A stretch of 58,943 bases of DNA, the filler included. It is 4 parts of 4 records of this genome, joined end to end, with 100 filler letters (N's around TTAATTAATTAA, not from the genome) between each part and the next. Parts side by side here need not be neighbours in the genome. Positions count along the whole stretch, not along the records: positions 35,042 to 52,907 come from DRR723986_15434; positions 53,008 to 58,943 come from DRR723986_15470; 2 more parts are not named here. One strand, written 5' to 3'. Positions 48,864 to 57,207 of this stretch are shown in pieces. A model generated the notes under the pieces. That model was not told where the DNA came from. It did no database searches and was given only the letters and a program-made list of their open reading frames with translations. A program made the translations under genes and the position numbers. Positions within the stretch are counted from its first letter, which is position 1, and each line of letters begins with the position of its first letter.

Positions 48864-49299
48864 GCGGAATTGCCCGGAAAGTAATGGTGGAGGCTTGTGT
48901 GCGCCTTAGGTCATGTGATCACCTCAATCACATGCAAATTCATTCGGCTGTAGTGGTGACTCACAGTACCGAATGCGGCGGAATATAGCGCGCATTCTAT
49001 GTTCTCCGCAAGAACCATATTCAGGCTGCTGCAATTAGCTGAGCTAGATATTTCGAATCGGATACATTTGTTAGCGTGGTTCAATGAGGAGGTAGTTCTG
49101 CGGGGTAAAAGTCGCATTAAAAGCGGTTATCAAGTGTGCTGTACAGGTCTTAAGAGTTGCCTGCCGGCGAATGTGGAATCAGGGAAGTCAAGAGTCTCCG
49201 GCATACAAGGAATTTATATTAAAGTGATTCAGATAGGCAATCAACGGGCGGATTCAGGAGCTGAGCGGCGAGATTTTGAGATCATAAGTTTTCCCCACC

Positions 49300-49398
49300 G
49301 GCTGTGAGCCGCAAATACGCGGGGCTCTGCGAGTCTCAAGAGGTGTAGATTCGACGCTGTGAGCCCTAAGGGCTGTGAGCCGCAAATGCACGGGGCTC
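49300..49398. repeat. Two 28-bp hairpin-forming direct repeats, 71-bp period
   Basis: GGCTGTGAGCCGCAAATACGCGGGGCTC (49300-49327) and GGCTGTGAGCCGCAAATGCACGGGGCTC (49371-49398), 26 of 28 identical. Confidence 0.8.
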
Positions 49399-49744
49399 CA
49401 GGAATTGACACTCAAAAACACCTCAGATTTCATAATTTCAGCTTCTATGCGTAATTTCAGAAACGTTTTTGGGATCCGTGTTTTTCATTGTAGTACTGAA
49501 TCGCGATTCAACATTTCCGACGCAATGTCCGAATCAGCTGCAAAATAAAACCAATGCTTCCCCCCATAAGCGAACTTCAGGCCAGCACCGCGCCGTGTGT
49601 CTCCCCCTTTGGATACACGCAGATATTGAGAATGCATCAATTTCCGCCCCCCAGCGTAAGCGCGCATGTTTGAAATTATGCGTGCGCAAAAAACTCGAAA
49701 TCAAACATGTACAATAGCTCTTTTCCCTTAGAAGAGGAATACGA

Positions 49745-51730
49745 ATGCAGAATCAATTATTACGTGTGTTTGTCCCGGCTTCCGCATGCCTGCTGCTCGC
49801 AGCAACTTCCATGCAATCTCCGGCGCTGGCTGGAGACACAGATCTTTCATCGGCAAAAACCGAGCAAGTCTCGTCAATCCATCCGCAGCTGATCGAAGCG
49901 TGGTCCATGGAACGCGAAGTTCAGCAGGCTACGCCCAGCAAAACTTCGTCCGACAAAATTGCGGCGCCTACACAAGCCTATTCGCATGGCGAGCCGACCG
50001 CCGAAGAGCAGCTGATGCTCGAAATGATCAATCGTGCACGCTCCAATCCAGCCGCCGAAGGTGAGCTGCTCACGACTACCGACGATCCGGACGTCAATCG
50101 CGGCATCACCTCCTTTAATATCGATCGCAACCTGGTGAAATCGCAGTTCGATACGTATCCGGCACGGCCGCCCCTGGCCTTCCACCCCCTGCTGATGGTT
50201 TCCGCCGAACGCCACTCGATGGACATGATCCAGGGCGATTTCCAGGATCACACCGGATCCGACGGAACAACACCGTTTGACCGGATGAACCAGGCCGAAT
50301 ATCTGGGATGGTCAGCTGCCGGTGAGAACATTTTTGCGTTCAGCCGCAGTATCTTCCACGGTCATGCCGGCTTCAATATCGACTGGGGCGGCAACAATCA
50401 GATTTCGCTCGGGCACCGCAAAGCCATCATGAATTTTGAAAGTACGGTCTACACAGAAATTGGCATCAGCGTGGAACACGAGGACGATGGCGCCACACGC
50501 GTGGGACCACTCGTCATAACACAAAACTTTGGTCTGCGCAGGGACTACTATATCACCGGCGTGGTCTACAATGACTTAAACAACAATAATTTCTATGATG
50601 TTGGTGAAGGTTTGGCAGGTGTCGAAATCATGCCCGACAATGGCGATTTCTACGCTGTAACCTCACAATCCGGTGGTTACGCTATTCCAGTAGCGGCCAA
50701 CTCCTCAATTACCAGTGTAACAGCTTCCGGCGGTGGCATTAGTTCACCGATCTCCAAAAATGTTAACATTGTTAACAGCCAGAATTTTAAGCTCGACTTC
50801 ACACCAACTGATGTCTCTCAGGGACTGGCTGCGCCTGTTAACCTGAATCCAGCCGACGCGCATATCTCCCAAACTTCAACCGTAATGTTAAGCTGGAGTG
50901 CCGTTGACGGTGCCCAGAATTACGAAGTTGAAGTTCGCGAAAATGCCGCCGAGGGTCCAGTTGTATTTTCAGCGGCAGACCTGACGGAGCCTTCAATTGA
51001 ATTTCTGATTCCGCGCAACGATGAACAATTCTTCTGGCGTGTGCGCGCACTTGAAGCAGGTGCAGCCGGTGAGTGGAGTGTAACACATTCGATTAGCTCC
51101 GAATCACAGCCGGCCGATCCCCCAACTCTCGTTAGTCCGGCCAGTGGCTCACTCGTACGCGAAGGCAACATTCAATTTATCTGGGAACCGGCCGAAGGCG
51201 CAGAAACTTATCGCTTTACCATTTCAGAAGGCCAGCCGCAAAACGAACCGTTTGCACGCGATCAGGAAATTCGTGAACAAACCGTCCGGGTTGCGCCCAA
51301 TGGCAACTGGGAATTCACATTTAACCCAACCGGCCTCCTGGAAACTAACACGGACTACTGGTGGACTTTGAGTTCGGTTAACGCTGCGGGTGAAGGTTCG
51401 CCTGCCGATCCGCGACACTTTATTATTACGGACGCAGTGGCAACAAGCGCTACATTGCCTGTAACAATTAAATCCAGCATTCGCATTTCGCCTAATCCTA
51501 CGGCCGATAAGTTAACACTAAGTCTTGAGCTGCCGGCTTCCGCTGATGTCGTCCTTTCGGTCTATGATCAGCATGGACGTCTGGCACTTCCAGCACTTCC
51601 GCAGCGCCGCCTTGCACATGGCTTTCACGAACTTCACTTAAACACAAGTGCTCTTTCAGCGGGCATGTACAGCTACAAAATTGAGGTTGACGGCAAGTTT
51701 GACATTGGTCAGATTGTGATCATACGTTAA
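49745..51730 (+). CDS. Secreted CAP (SCP) domain protein with Ig/Fn3-like modules and T9SS C-terminal domain
   Basis: MINRARSNP, AERHSMDM, HTGSDG, AGENI, GHRKAIM, EIGI (CAP); GVVYNDLNNNNFYDVGEG; Fn3-like WRVRA; ISPNP..LSAGMY..IVIIR CTD. Confidence 0.87.
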   Translation: MQNQLLRVFVPASACLLLAATSMQSPALAGDTDLSSAKTEQVSSIHPQLIEAWSMEREVQQATPSKTSSDKIAAPTQAYSHGEPTAEEQLMLEMINRARSNPAAEGELLTTTDDPDVNRGITSFNIDRNLVKSQFDTYPARPPLAFHPLLMVSAERHSMDMIQGDFQDHTGSDGTTPFDRMNQAEYLGWSAAGENIFAFSRSIFHGHAGFNIDWGGNNQISLGHRKAIMNFESTVYTEIGISVEHEDDGATRVGPLVITQNFGLRRDYYITGVVYNDLNNNNFYDVGEGLAGVEIMPDNGDFYAVTSQSGGYAIPVAANSSITSVTASGGGISSPISKNVNIVNSQNFKLDFTPTDVSQGLAAPVNLNPADAHISQTSTVMLSWSAVDGAQNYEVEVRENAAEGPVVFSAADLTEPSIEFLIPRNDEQFFWRVRALEAGAAGEWSVTHSISSESQPADPPTLVSPASGSLVREGNIQFIWEPAEGAETYRFTISEGQPQNEPFARDQEIREQTVRVAPNGNWEFTFNPTGLLETNTDYWWTLSSVNAAGEGSPADPRHFIITDAVATSATLPVTIKSSIRISPNPTADKLTLSLELPASADVVLSVYDQHGRLALPALPQRRLAHGFHELHLNTSALSAGMYSYKIEVDGKFDIGQIVIIR

Positions 51731-51759
51731 CATTGTTTTGGCGATTTATGCCTGCCATA

Positions 51760-51791
51760 CATGTTAATGACTCATGTTAATGACTCATGTT
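51760..51791. repeat. 13-bp tandem repeat (CATGTTAATGACT x2.5)
   Basis: catgttaatgact catgttaatgact catgtt. Confidence 0.85.
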
Positions 51792-51925
51792 TAAGTATCA
51801 TGCTAAAAGTTAACATGTGGGAATTTGCAGGCAGATTGCAGCGCCACTTGCTGAGCTTCGCGGCTTGCCTTTTGAGTTTCTTGTTTGTCGCTGAGTGATA
51901 AGTCTCAAGACTTGTCCATAAGAAC

Positions 51926-51966
51926 AAAACCATGCCCTGCGCATTCTGCGCGCGGCATGGTTTTTT
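51926..51966 (+). terminator. Intrinsic terminator
   Basis: AAAACCATGCC..GCGCA-TTC-TGCGC..GGCATGGTTTTTT. Confidence 0.7.
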
Positions 51967-52208
51967 GATTCTGGAAGTTGTCCATTCGATTGAGACTCAG
52001 CGCCGAACCTTTTCTGAATCGTGGTGCGCAGCCCAGACCTCAACCCCAAATTTTCATTTAGTCAAGACAACAGACCAACTTTTTAGCGATTCAGCCATAT
52101 TGCCATCTGTCCGGCCGATGTATGCGCATCGTTTGCAATATCCTAAGCTTGCAGCCGACAAACCTTACAACTGTTTAGCCCAGATGAAATGTCCCGGAAA
52201 TTCTTGTC

Positions 52209-52670
52209 ATGAAATCACTAGCTCTCAGCCTTGTTACGATCTTATGTTTAACCGTTTGTTCTCCGTCCGATTCACACGCGCAGGATTCAGGCGAAGGCCT
52301 CGGAATAATTCTTGGAAACCCCACCGGTGTAAGTTTTAAGACCTGGCTCAGCGGTGAGTCAGCACTCGACTTTGCAGCCGCCTGGTCGCTGAATGACGAC
52401 CGCCTCCTGGTGCAGGGCAGTTACGTGTTGCACGACTTTGACCTTATCAAAGTCAAGTCCGGTAAACTGGCGCTCTACTATGGAATTGGAGCCGGCATTG
52501 TTTTTGCCAGTGACATCGGAATTGCCGCGCGCATTCCCGTGGGGCTCGACTACATGTTTGCCGGTGCACCATTTGACATCTTCGCTGAAGTCGCCCCGAG
52601 TTTGTTGTTGGTGCCGTCTACAGATTTCCGGATCGGTGCAGCCGTGGGTGTGCGCTTCTGGTTTAACTAA
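52209..52670 (+). CDS. Small outer-membrane beta-barrel protein (DUF3996-like)
   Basis: Signal peptide; GLGIILGNPTGVSFK, YYGIGAG, RIPVGLDY, C-terminal GVRFWF. Confidence 0.8.
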   Translation: MKSLALSLVTILCLTVCSPSDSHAQDSGEGLGIILGNPTGVSFKTWLSGESALDFAAAWSLNDDRLLVQGSYVLHDFDLIKVKSGKLALYYGIGAGIVFASDIGIAARIPVGLDYMFAGAPFDIFAEVAPSLLLVPSTDFRIGAAVGVRFWFN

Positions 52671-52751
52671 GACTGGATTGAGACTGCAAAACTCCCTGGC
52701 GATGCGATTTTTTGCTGTGCTGAACCCAACCCAAAAGCCGGCTAACACTCA

Positions 52752-52907
52752 GGGTGATATTCTAATATTTGCAACTTTCTGAAGATCCAAGGCAATTCGG
52801 CTGAGTGGCTCGATTTTTAGTCTGAGTGACTTGAAATTCGAGATTAAAGCTCTCCGCCAAAAATCTGGAATATTTTACTACCGGGTCGAGCCCTTAGGGC
52901 TCGACCC
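52752..52907. repeat. Dispersed repeat copy 2, ending in palindrome GGGTCGAGCCCT-T-AGGGCTCGACCC at contig end
   Basis: Perfect 12-bp arms around one T (52883-52907). Homologous to 15804-15979. Confidence 0.85.
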
Positions 52908-53007
52908 NNNNNNNNNNNNNNNNNNNNNNNNNNNNNNNNNNNNNNNNNNNNTTAATTAATTAANNNNNNNNNNNNNNNNNNNNNNNNNNNNNNNNNNNNN
53001 NNNNNNN
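52908..53007. other. Artificial contig spacer
   Basis: N44-TTAATTAATTAA-N44. Confidence 0.99.
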
Positions 53008-53041
53008 TGCCTCCAAGGCTGTCACCCCGCGTGAAGCGGTG

Positions 53042-53070
53042 CCTATAGGGGAGGTTTGGGGGAATGGCAA
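53042..53070 (-). promoter_or_regulatory. Sigma-70-type promoter for a gene lost beyond the contig end
   Basis: Minus strand: TTGCCA-17 bp-TATAGG followed by a GC-rich leader. My unverified recollection of Rhodobacteraceae synteny (trpA, lldD, rplY) suggests the missing gene is rplY. Confidence 0.6.
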
Positions 53071-53220
53071 GGGTGTCGGCTACTGAATCGAAGTGAAAAT
53101 CGTACGGTAAGTTAGATCGTCTGCCGCGGACCTTCACTGCTCAAGAGGCAATATGTTATAGCTCAGCACCAGCTGTCAGAGACACTATAAAGGGCTTCCG
53201 ATGAAATGCCACCCCGCCTG

Positions 53221-53829
53221 TTACTGGAAGATCCTTTTAGTTCCTACATCTAAGTACCAGCGATCGTTTAGGTTACCTGTTTTGCAGCGGACAAAGTACA
53301 CTTCTTGATCCCGGTAGTTTGACGACTTTGTCCACCCGCTTTCCCGCAAGAAGTTTTCTCTAGTACAGTGTCCGCCGCGAATTAAGTTTTGAGCGGCTTC
53401 CAGAAATTCAGTCCTATATTTGAGAAAGTCATCTGAGTTCTTTATAATTTCCTCGCTTTCGCCGGCTTGATCGGCGGGGTTCGGAGGTCGTTCTTCGGAC
53501 AGGAATTGGAGTGATACCCACTCTGCAAAAACCCCGTCCTCTATGCCATTTGTGGGGTCACAAGCAGAGTTTCCTGCGTCAACGTAGGCACTTTTGCCTT
53601 CTACGCAGGAGGCATCGTACCGCTTGGTTACTCTTGCCCATCCATCTTGCTTTTCCAAAATCGACACAGACTCCCTGAAAAAGAACTGTCCAACGATGCC
53701 GCAAGATGTGCTCGGGCACGTTCGGCGGTTCAGTCTATCGGAGATGACCCAAAATTGTTCGGGTCCAGCGGACATGGCAAGGCTTGGAAAGATAGCTGCG
53801 CAGAATGCTATTAAAGAAAAGGCTCTCAC
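53221..53829 (-). CDS. Secreted hypothetical protein with bacterial SH3-like domain, low GC
   Basis: Signal peptide; LNRRTCPSTSCGIVG..ESVSILEKQDGWARV..EWVSLQFLS resembles SH3b; several Cys. Confidence 0.75.
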   Translation of the reverse strand: MRAFSLIAFCAAIFPSLAMSAGPEQFWVISDRLNRRTCPSTSCGIVGQFFFRESVSILEKQDGWARVTKRYDASCVEGKSAYVDAGNSACDPTNGIEDGVFAEWVSLQFLSEERPPNPADQAGESEEIIKNSDDFLKYRTEFLEAAQNLIRGGHCTRENFLRESGWTKSSNYRDQEVYFVRCKTGNLNDRWYLDVGTKRIFQ

Positions 53830-53991
53830 TCTAGAATCTTTCGTTTGGTTTCTGATGCCACAGGAGAGTAGTCTGGTAGTAACCTCCCGATCAATAGGGT
53901 TTGAAGGTCATGGAAAGAACGAGCTCTGTAAACTATTTCTGAGAAATAGGTTTTAACCTTGAACAAACGGGGTGGTGTCTTTTGGAGTATG

Positions 53992-55155
53992 TCACCCCCA
54001 ATCCCCCGAAAACCCCTTCGGCACCATGAGGATATCGCGGTCCACGCCGCGCACGTCTCTATGCCCACACAAAGCCATGCTCATGTCCAGCTCCTTGTGG
54101 ATGACCTCCAGCGCCTTGGTGACGCCCGCCTCTCCCATCGCGCCCAGACCGTAGACATAGGCGCGGCCGATCCAGCAGCCCTTGGCGCCTAGGGCCAGCG
54201 CCTTCAGCACGTCCTGGCCCGAGCGGATGCCCGAATCGAGGTGCACCTCGATCTTGTCGCCGACCGCGTCCATGATCGGCTCCAGCGCGCGGATGGACGA
54301 CAGCGCCCCGTCCAGCTGCCGCCCGCCGTGGTTGGACACCACGATGGCGTCGGCGCCCACGTTGCAGGCCTCCAGCGCGTCGCGGGGGTCGATGATGCCC
54401 TTGATGATGAGCGGGCCGTCCCACATCTTGCGGAACTCGCGGATGCGGTCCCAGTTCAACGACTGGTCGAAGCTCTCGTTGGTCCAATTGCCCAAGCTGG
54501 AGGGGTCGGAGACGCCATGCGCGTGGCCGACGATATTGCCGAAGAAGCGGCGCTTGGTCTGGAGCATCTCGAGGCCCCATTGCACCTTGGTGGCCAGGTC
54601 GGCGATGGACTTGGCGGTGAACTTCGGCGGGGCGGAGAGGCCGTTCTTGAGGTCCTTGTGGCGCTGGCCCAGCAGTTGCAGGTCGACGGTGATCACGGCG
54701 GCAGAGCATTTGGCCGCCTTCGCGCGGTCGAAGAGCCGCATCATGAAGTCGTCGTCCTTCAGCGTGTAGACCTGCATCCAGAAGGGCTTCGTCGTGTTCT
54801 CGGCCACGTCCTCGATGGAGCAGATCGACATGGTGGACAGGCAATAGGGCACGCCGAATTTCTCGGCGGCTTTCGCGGCCTTGATCTCGCCGTCCGCGGA
54901 TTGCATGCCGGTCAGCCCGACGGGGGCGAGGGCCACGGGCATGGAGACGTCCTGCCCGATCATCTGCGACTTGGTCGAGCGGTTGGCCATGTCGATGGCG
55001 ACGCGCTGGCGCAGGTAGATCTTGTCGAAATCCGAGGTGTTCTCGCGGAAGGTCTGTTCCGACCACGATCCGCTTTCGCAGTAGTCGTAGAACATCTTGG
55101 GCACGCGGCGGCGGTGGATGCGCTTGAGGTCGTCGATGTTGGTGATGACGGGCAT
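53992..55155 (-). CDS. lldD: FMN-dependent L-lactate dehydrogenase / alpha-hydroxy acid oxidase
   Basis: APVGLTGM, LSTMSICSIE, ITVD, IKGI, VSNHGGRQLDG, DSGIRSGQD, IGRAYVYGLGA. ATG 55155. Confidence 0.93.
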   Translation of the reverse strand: MPVITNIDDLKRIHRRRVPKMFYDYCESGSWSEQTFRENTSDFDKIYLRQRVAIDMANRSTKSQMIGQDVSMPVALAPVGLTGMQSADGEIKAAKAAEKFGVPYCLSTMSICSIEDVAENTTKPFWMQVYTLKDDDFMMRLFDRAKAAKCSAAVITVDLQLLGQRHKDLKNGLSAPPKFTAKSIADLATKVQWGLEMLQTKRRFFGNIVGHAHGVSDPSSLGNWTNESFDQSLNWDRIREFRKMWDGPLIIKGIIDPRDALEACNVGADAIVVSNHGGRQLDGALSSIRALEPIMDAVGDKIEVHLDSGIRSGQDVLKALALGAKGCWIGRAYVYGLGAMGEAGVTKALEVIHKELDMSMALCGHRDVRGVDRDILMVPKGFSGDWG

Positions 55156-55282
55156 GGCGGACTCGCTTTGTGCAAATTGGTAAGGATGGATTACCAATCA
55201 GGGGCGCGCGACGCAATGCGGGATTAAGCGGGCCTTCATGACCCTGCGGTAAGGCAGCCCGAGAGATCGAAGGAGGACCCGC

Positions 55283-55819
55283 GTGAAGGGCATCGTGTTC
55301 ACCGAATTGCTGACGATGGCAGAGCAGGCCGTGGGCGAGGCGGCCGTGGACGAGATGCTGGACCAGCTCGATCTCAGTTCCGGCGGGGTCTTCACCTCCG
55401 TCGGCTCCTACCCCTGCTCGGACCTCGTGGCCATCGTCGGCGGGCTCTGTCCGCGCACGGGGCTGAGCGCAGAGGCCCTGCAACACGCCTTTGGCGGCTG
55501 GATGCTGGGCTATTTCGTCACCCATTACCCCGAGGTCTTCGCCGGCAAGCCCGGCCCGCTGGAGATGCTGGAATCCGTCGATGGCGAGATCCATGTGGAG
55601 GTGCGCAAGCTTTACCCGGATGCGGAACTGCCCCGGTTCCAGACCCGGCGCGGCGGCGAGGGCGAGATGCGGATGACCTATACCTCCGCCCGCCCGCTGA
55701 CGGCCTTCTGCCACGGTCTGATCGAGGCCTGCATCGCCCATTACGGGCGGTCCGGCACGGTGCGCTGCACGCCGCGCCCGCCAGAAGGCGCGGTCTTCGA
55801 TATCCGGCTGGAGCGGTAG
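55283..55819 (+). CDS. H-NOX (heme nitric oxide/oxygen binding) protein
   Basis: MKGIVF start, proximal His in IHVEVRKLYP, LP, YxSxR (YTSAR), GLIEA. AGGAGG RBS. Confidence 0.95.
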   Translation: MKGIVFTELLTMAEQAVGEAAVDEMLDQLDLSSGGVFTSVGSYPCSDLVAIVGGLCPRTGLSAEALQHAFGGWMLGYFVTHYPEVFAGKPGPLEMLESVDGEIHVEVRKLYPDAELPRFQTRRGGEGEMRMTYTSARPLTAFCHGLIEACIAHYGRSGTVRCTPRPPEGAVFDIRLER

Positions 55820-55822
55820 CGC

Positions 55823-57181
55823 GTGGCCGGGCGCGCCGCCGATCCGGCCGCTCCGCCGGACCATGTCTCGCGCCGCCGGTATGAGCGCGAGAGACAGGCC
55901 CGCATCGAGGCGGAACGCCTGCTCGAGGAAAAGACCCGCGCGCTTTATGCGTCGCAGCAGAAGCTGGCCAGCCATGCGGCCGCGCTCGAGAAGGCCTTCG
56001 AAGCGCGGACGGAGCAGTTGAAGGCCGCCATGGTGGCCGCCGAAAGCGCCAATGCCGCGAAATCCGGGTTCCTCGCCATGATCAGCCACGAGATCCGGAC
56101 CCCCCTGAACGGGGTTCTCGGGATGGCGACGGTGCTGGCGGAAACGACCCTCACCACCGAGCAGCAGGAGATGGCGCAGACCATCCTGCATTCGGGCCAG
56201 TCGCTGCTGTCGCTGCTGAATGACGTTCTCGACCTGACCAAGATCGAAGCCCGCAAGATGGAACTCGAAGCGCGCGACGTCGACCTGCGGCAGCTGTGCG
56301 CCGAGACGCTGAACCTCTACCGCGTTCGGGCGGTGCGGCAGGGGCTGAGCTTCGAGGTCGAGGTGAACGAGGGCGCGCGGCGCTGGATTCGCGTCGATCC
56401 GACCCGGCTGCGGCAGGTGCTGGGCAACCTCGTGTCGAATGCGATCAAGTTCACCGCCTCCGGGGGCGTGCAGGTCCATGTGCATCAGAGCGGAGAGGAT
56501 CTCGAGGTGCGGGTGCGGGACAGCGGTCCGGGCGTGCCCGAGGATCGCCGCGACCGCCTGTTCGAGGTCTTTTCGCAGGCCGATGAGACCATCACGCGGC
56601 GCTTCGGGGGAACGGGGCTCGGGCTTGCAATCTCGCGGCATATCTGCCGGCTGATGGGCGGCGATCTGGTCTTTCACCCGGTGCCCGAGGGCGGAAGCTG
56701 TTTCGTGGCGACGCTGAAGGTCCAGCCCGCCGGGGGGGGCGCCGGGCAGCGGGCACCGGAGGCATGGAGCGTCGAGGCGGTCCTGAAGGCCCGGCCTTGG
56801 CGCATCCTCGTGGCGGAGGACAGCCTGACCAACCAGAAGGTGCTGCGCTATCTGCTCCGGGGGCAGAGCCTCGACATCACCTTCGTGGACAACGGCGCGC
56901 AGGCTGTCGAGGTCCACTGCCAGACGCCGTTCGACCTTGTGCTGATGGACGTCAACATGCCCGTTCTGAACGGGCTGGAAGCGGCGGCGATGATCCGTCG
57001 GAGCGAAGTGTCGCTGGGGCTGGCGCGCGTGCCGATCATCGCCCTGACGGCCAATGCGATGACCCATCAGGTCGCGGACTACCTGCAGCAGGGCATCGAT
57101 GCGCATGTCGCCAAGCCGGTGCGGCGCGAGGATCTCTGCGAGACCATGGCGCGCCTGCTGTGCGCGCGGGTCCCGCCGTGA
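55823..57181 (+). CDS. H-NOX-associated soluble hybrid histidine kinase (HisKA-HATPase-REC)
   Basis: N-terminal coiled coil RERQARIEAERLLEEK, SHEIRTPLNG, NLVSNAIKFT, DSGPG, GGTGLGL, REC (AEDS, MDVNMP, KP). No TM. Confidence 0.93.
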   Translation: MAGRAADPAAPPDHVSRRRYERERQARIEAERLLEEKTRALYASQQKLASHAAALEKAFEARTEQLKAAMVAAESANAAKSGFLAMISHEIRTPLNGVLGMATVLAETTLTTEQQEMAQTILHSGQSLLSLLNDVLDLTKIEARKMELEARDVDLRQLCAETLNLYRVRAVRQGLSFEVEVNEGARRWIRVDPTRLRQVLGNLVSNAIKFTASGGVQVHVHQSGEDLEVRVRDSGPGVPEDRRDRLFEVFSQADETITRRFGGTGLGLAISRHICRLMGGDLVFHPVPEGGSCFVATLKVQPAGGGAGQRAPEAWSVEAVLKARPWRILVAEDSLTNQKVLRYLLRGQSLDITFVDNGAQAVEVHCQTPFDLVLMDVNMPVLNGLEAAAMIRRSEVSLGLARVPIIALTANAMTHQVADYLQQGIDAHVAKPVRREDLCETMARLLCARVPP

Positions 57182-57207
57182 TCCGTCGCGCCGGCAGGGT
57201 CGGCCGG

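Noticed and set aside
48999..49307. Small ORFs in the TPR-LuxR/CAP intergenic region as signalling peptides
   Set aside because: No convincing signal peptide, RBS or coding-like composition; cannot be supported from sequence alone.
49300..49398. CRISPR array call
   Set aside because: Only two imperfect repeats, the spacer itself contains repeat-derived sequence, and no cas genes are present. Kept as a generic repeat.
53008..53140. Possible IS end at the start of contig D
   Set aside because: No matching inverted repeat or transposase; better explained as a TTGCCA-17-TATAGG promoter and leader.
54059..57106. 1015-aa minus-strand ORF
   Set aside because: Shadow frame in high-GC DNA: antisense to the H-NOX and kinase genes, out of frame with lldD, Arg/Pro/Gly/His-rich, no motifs.
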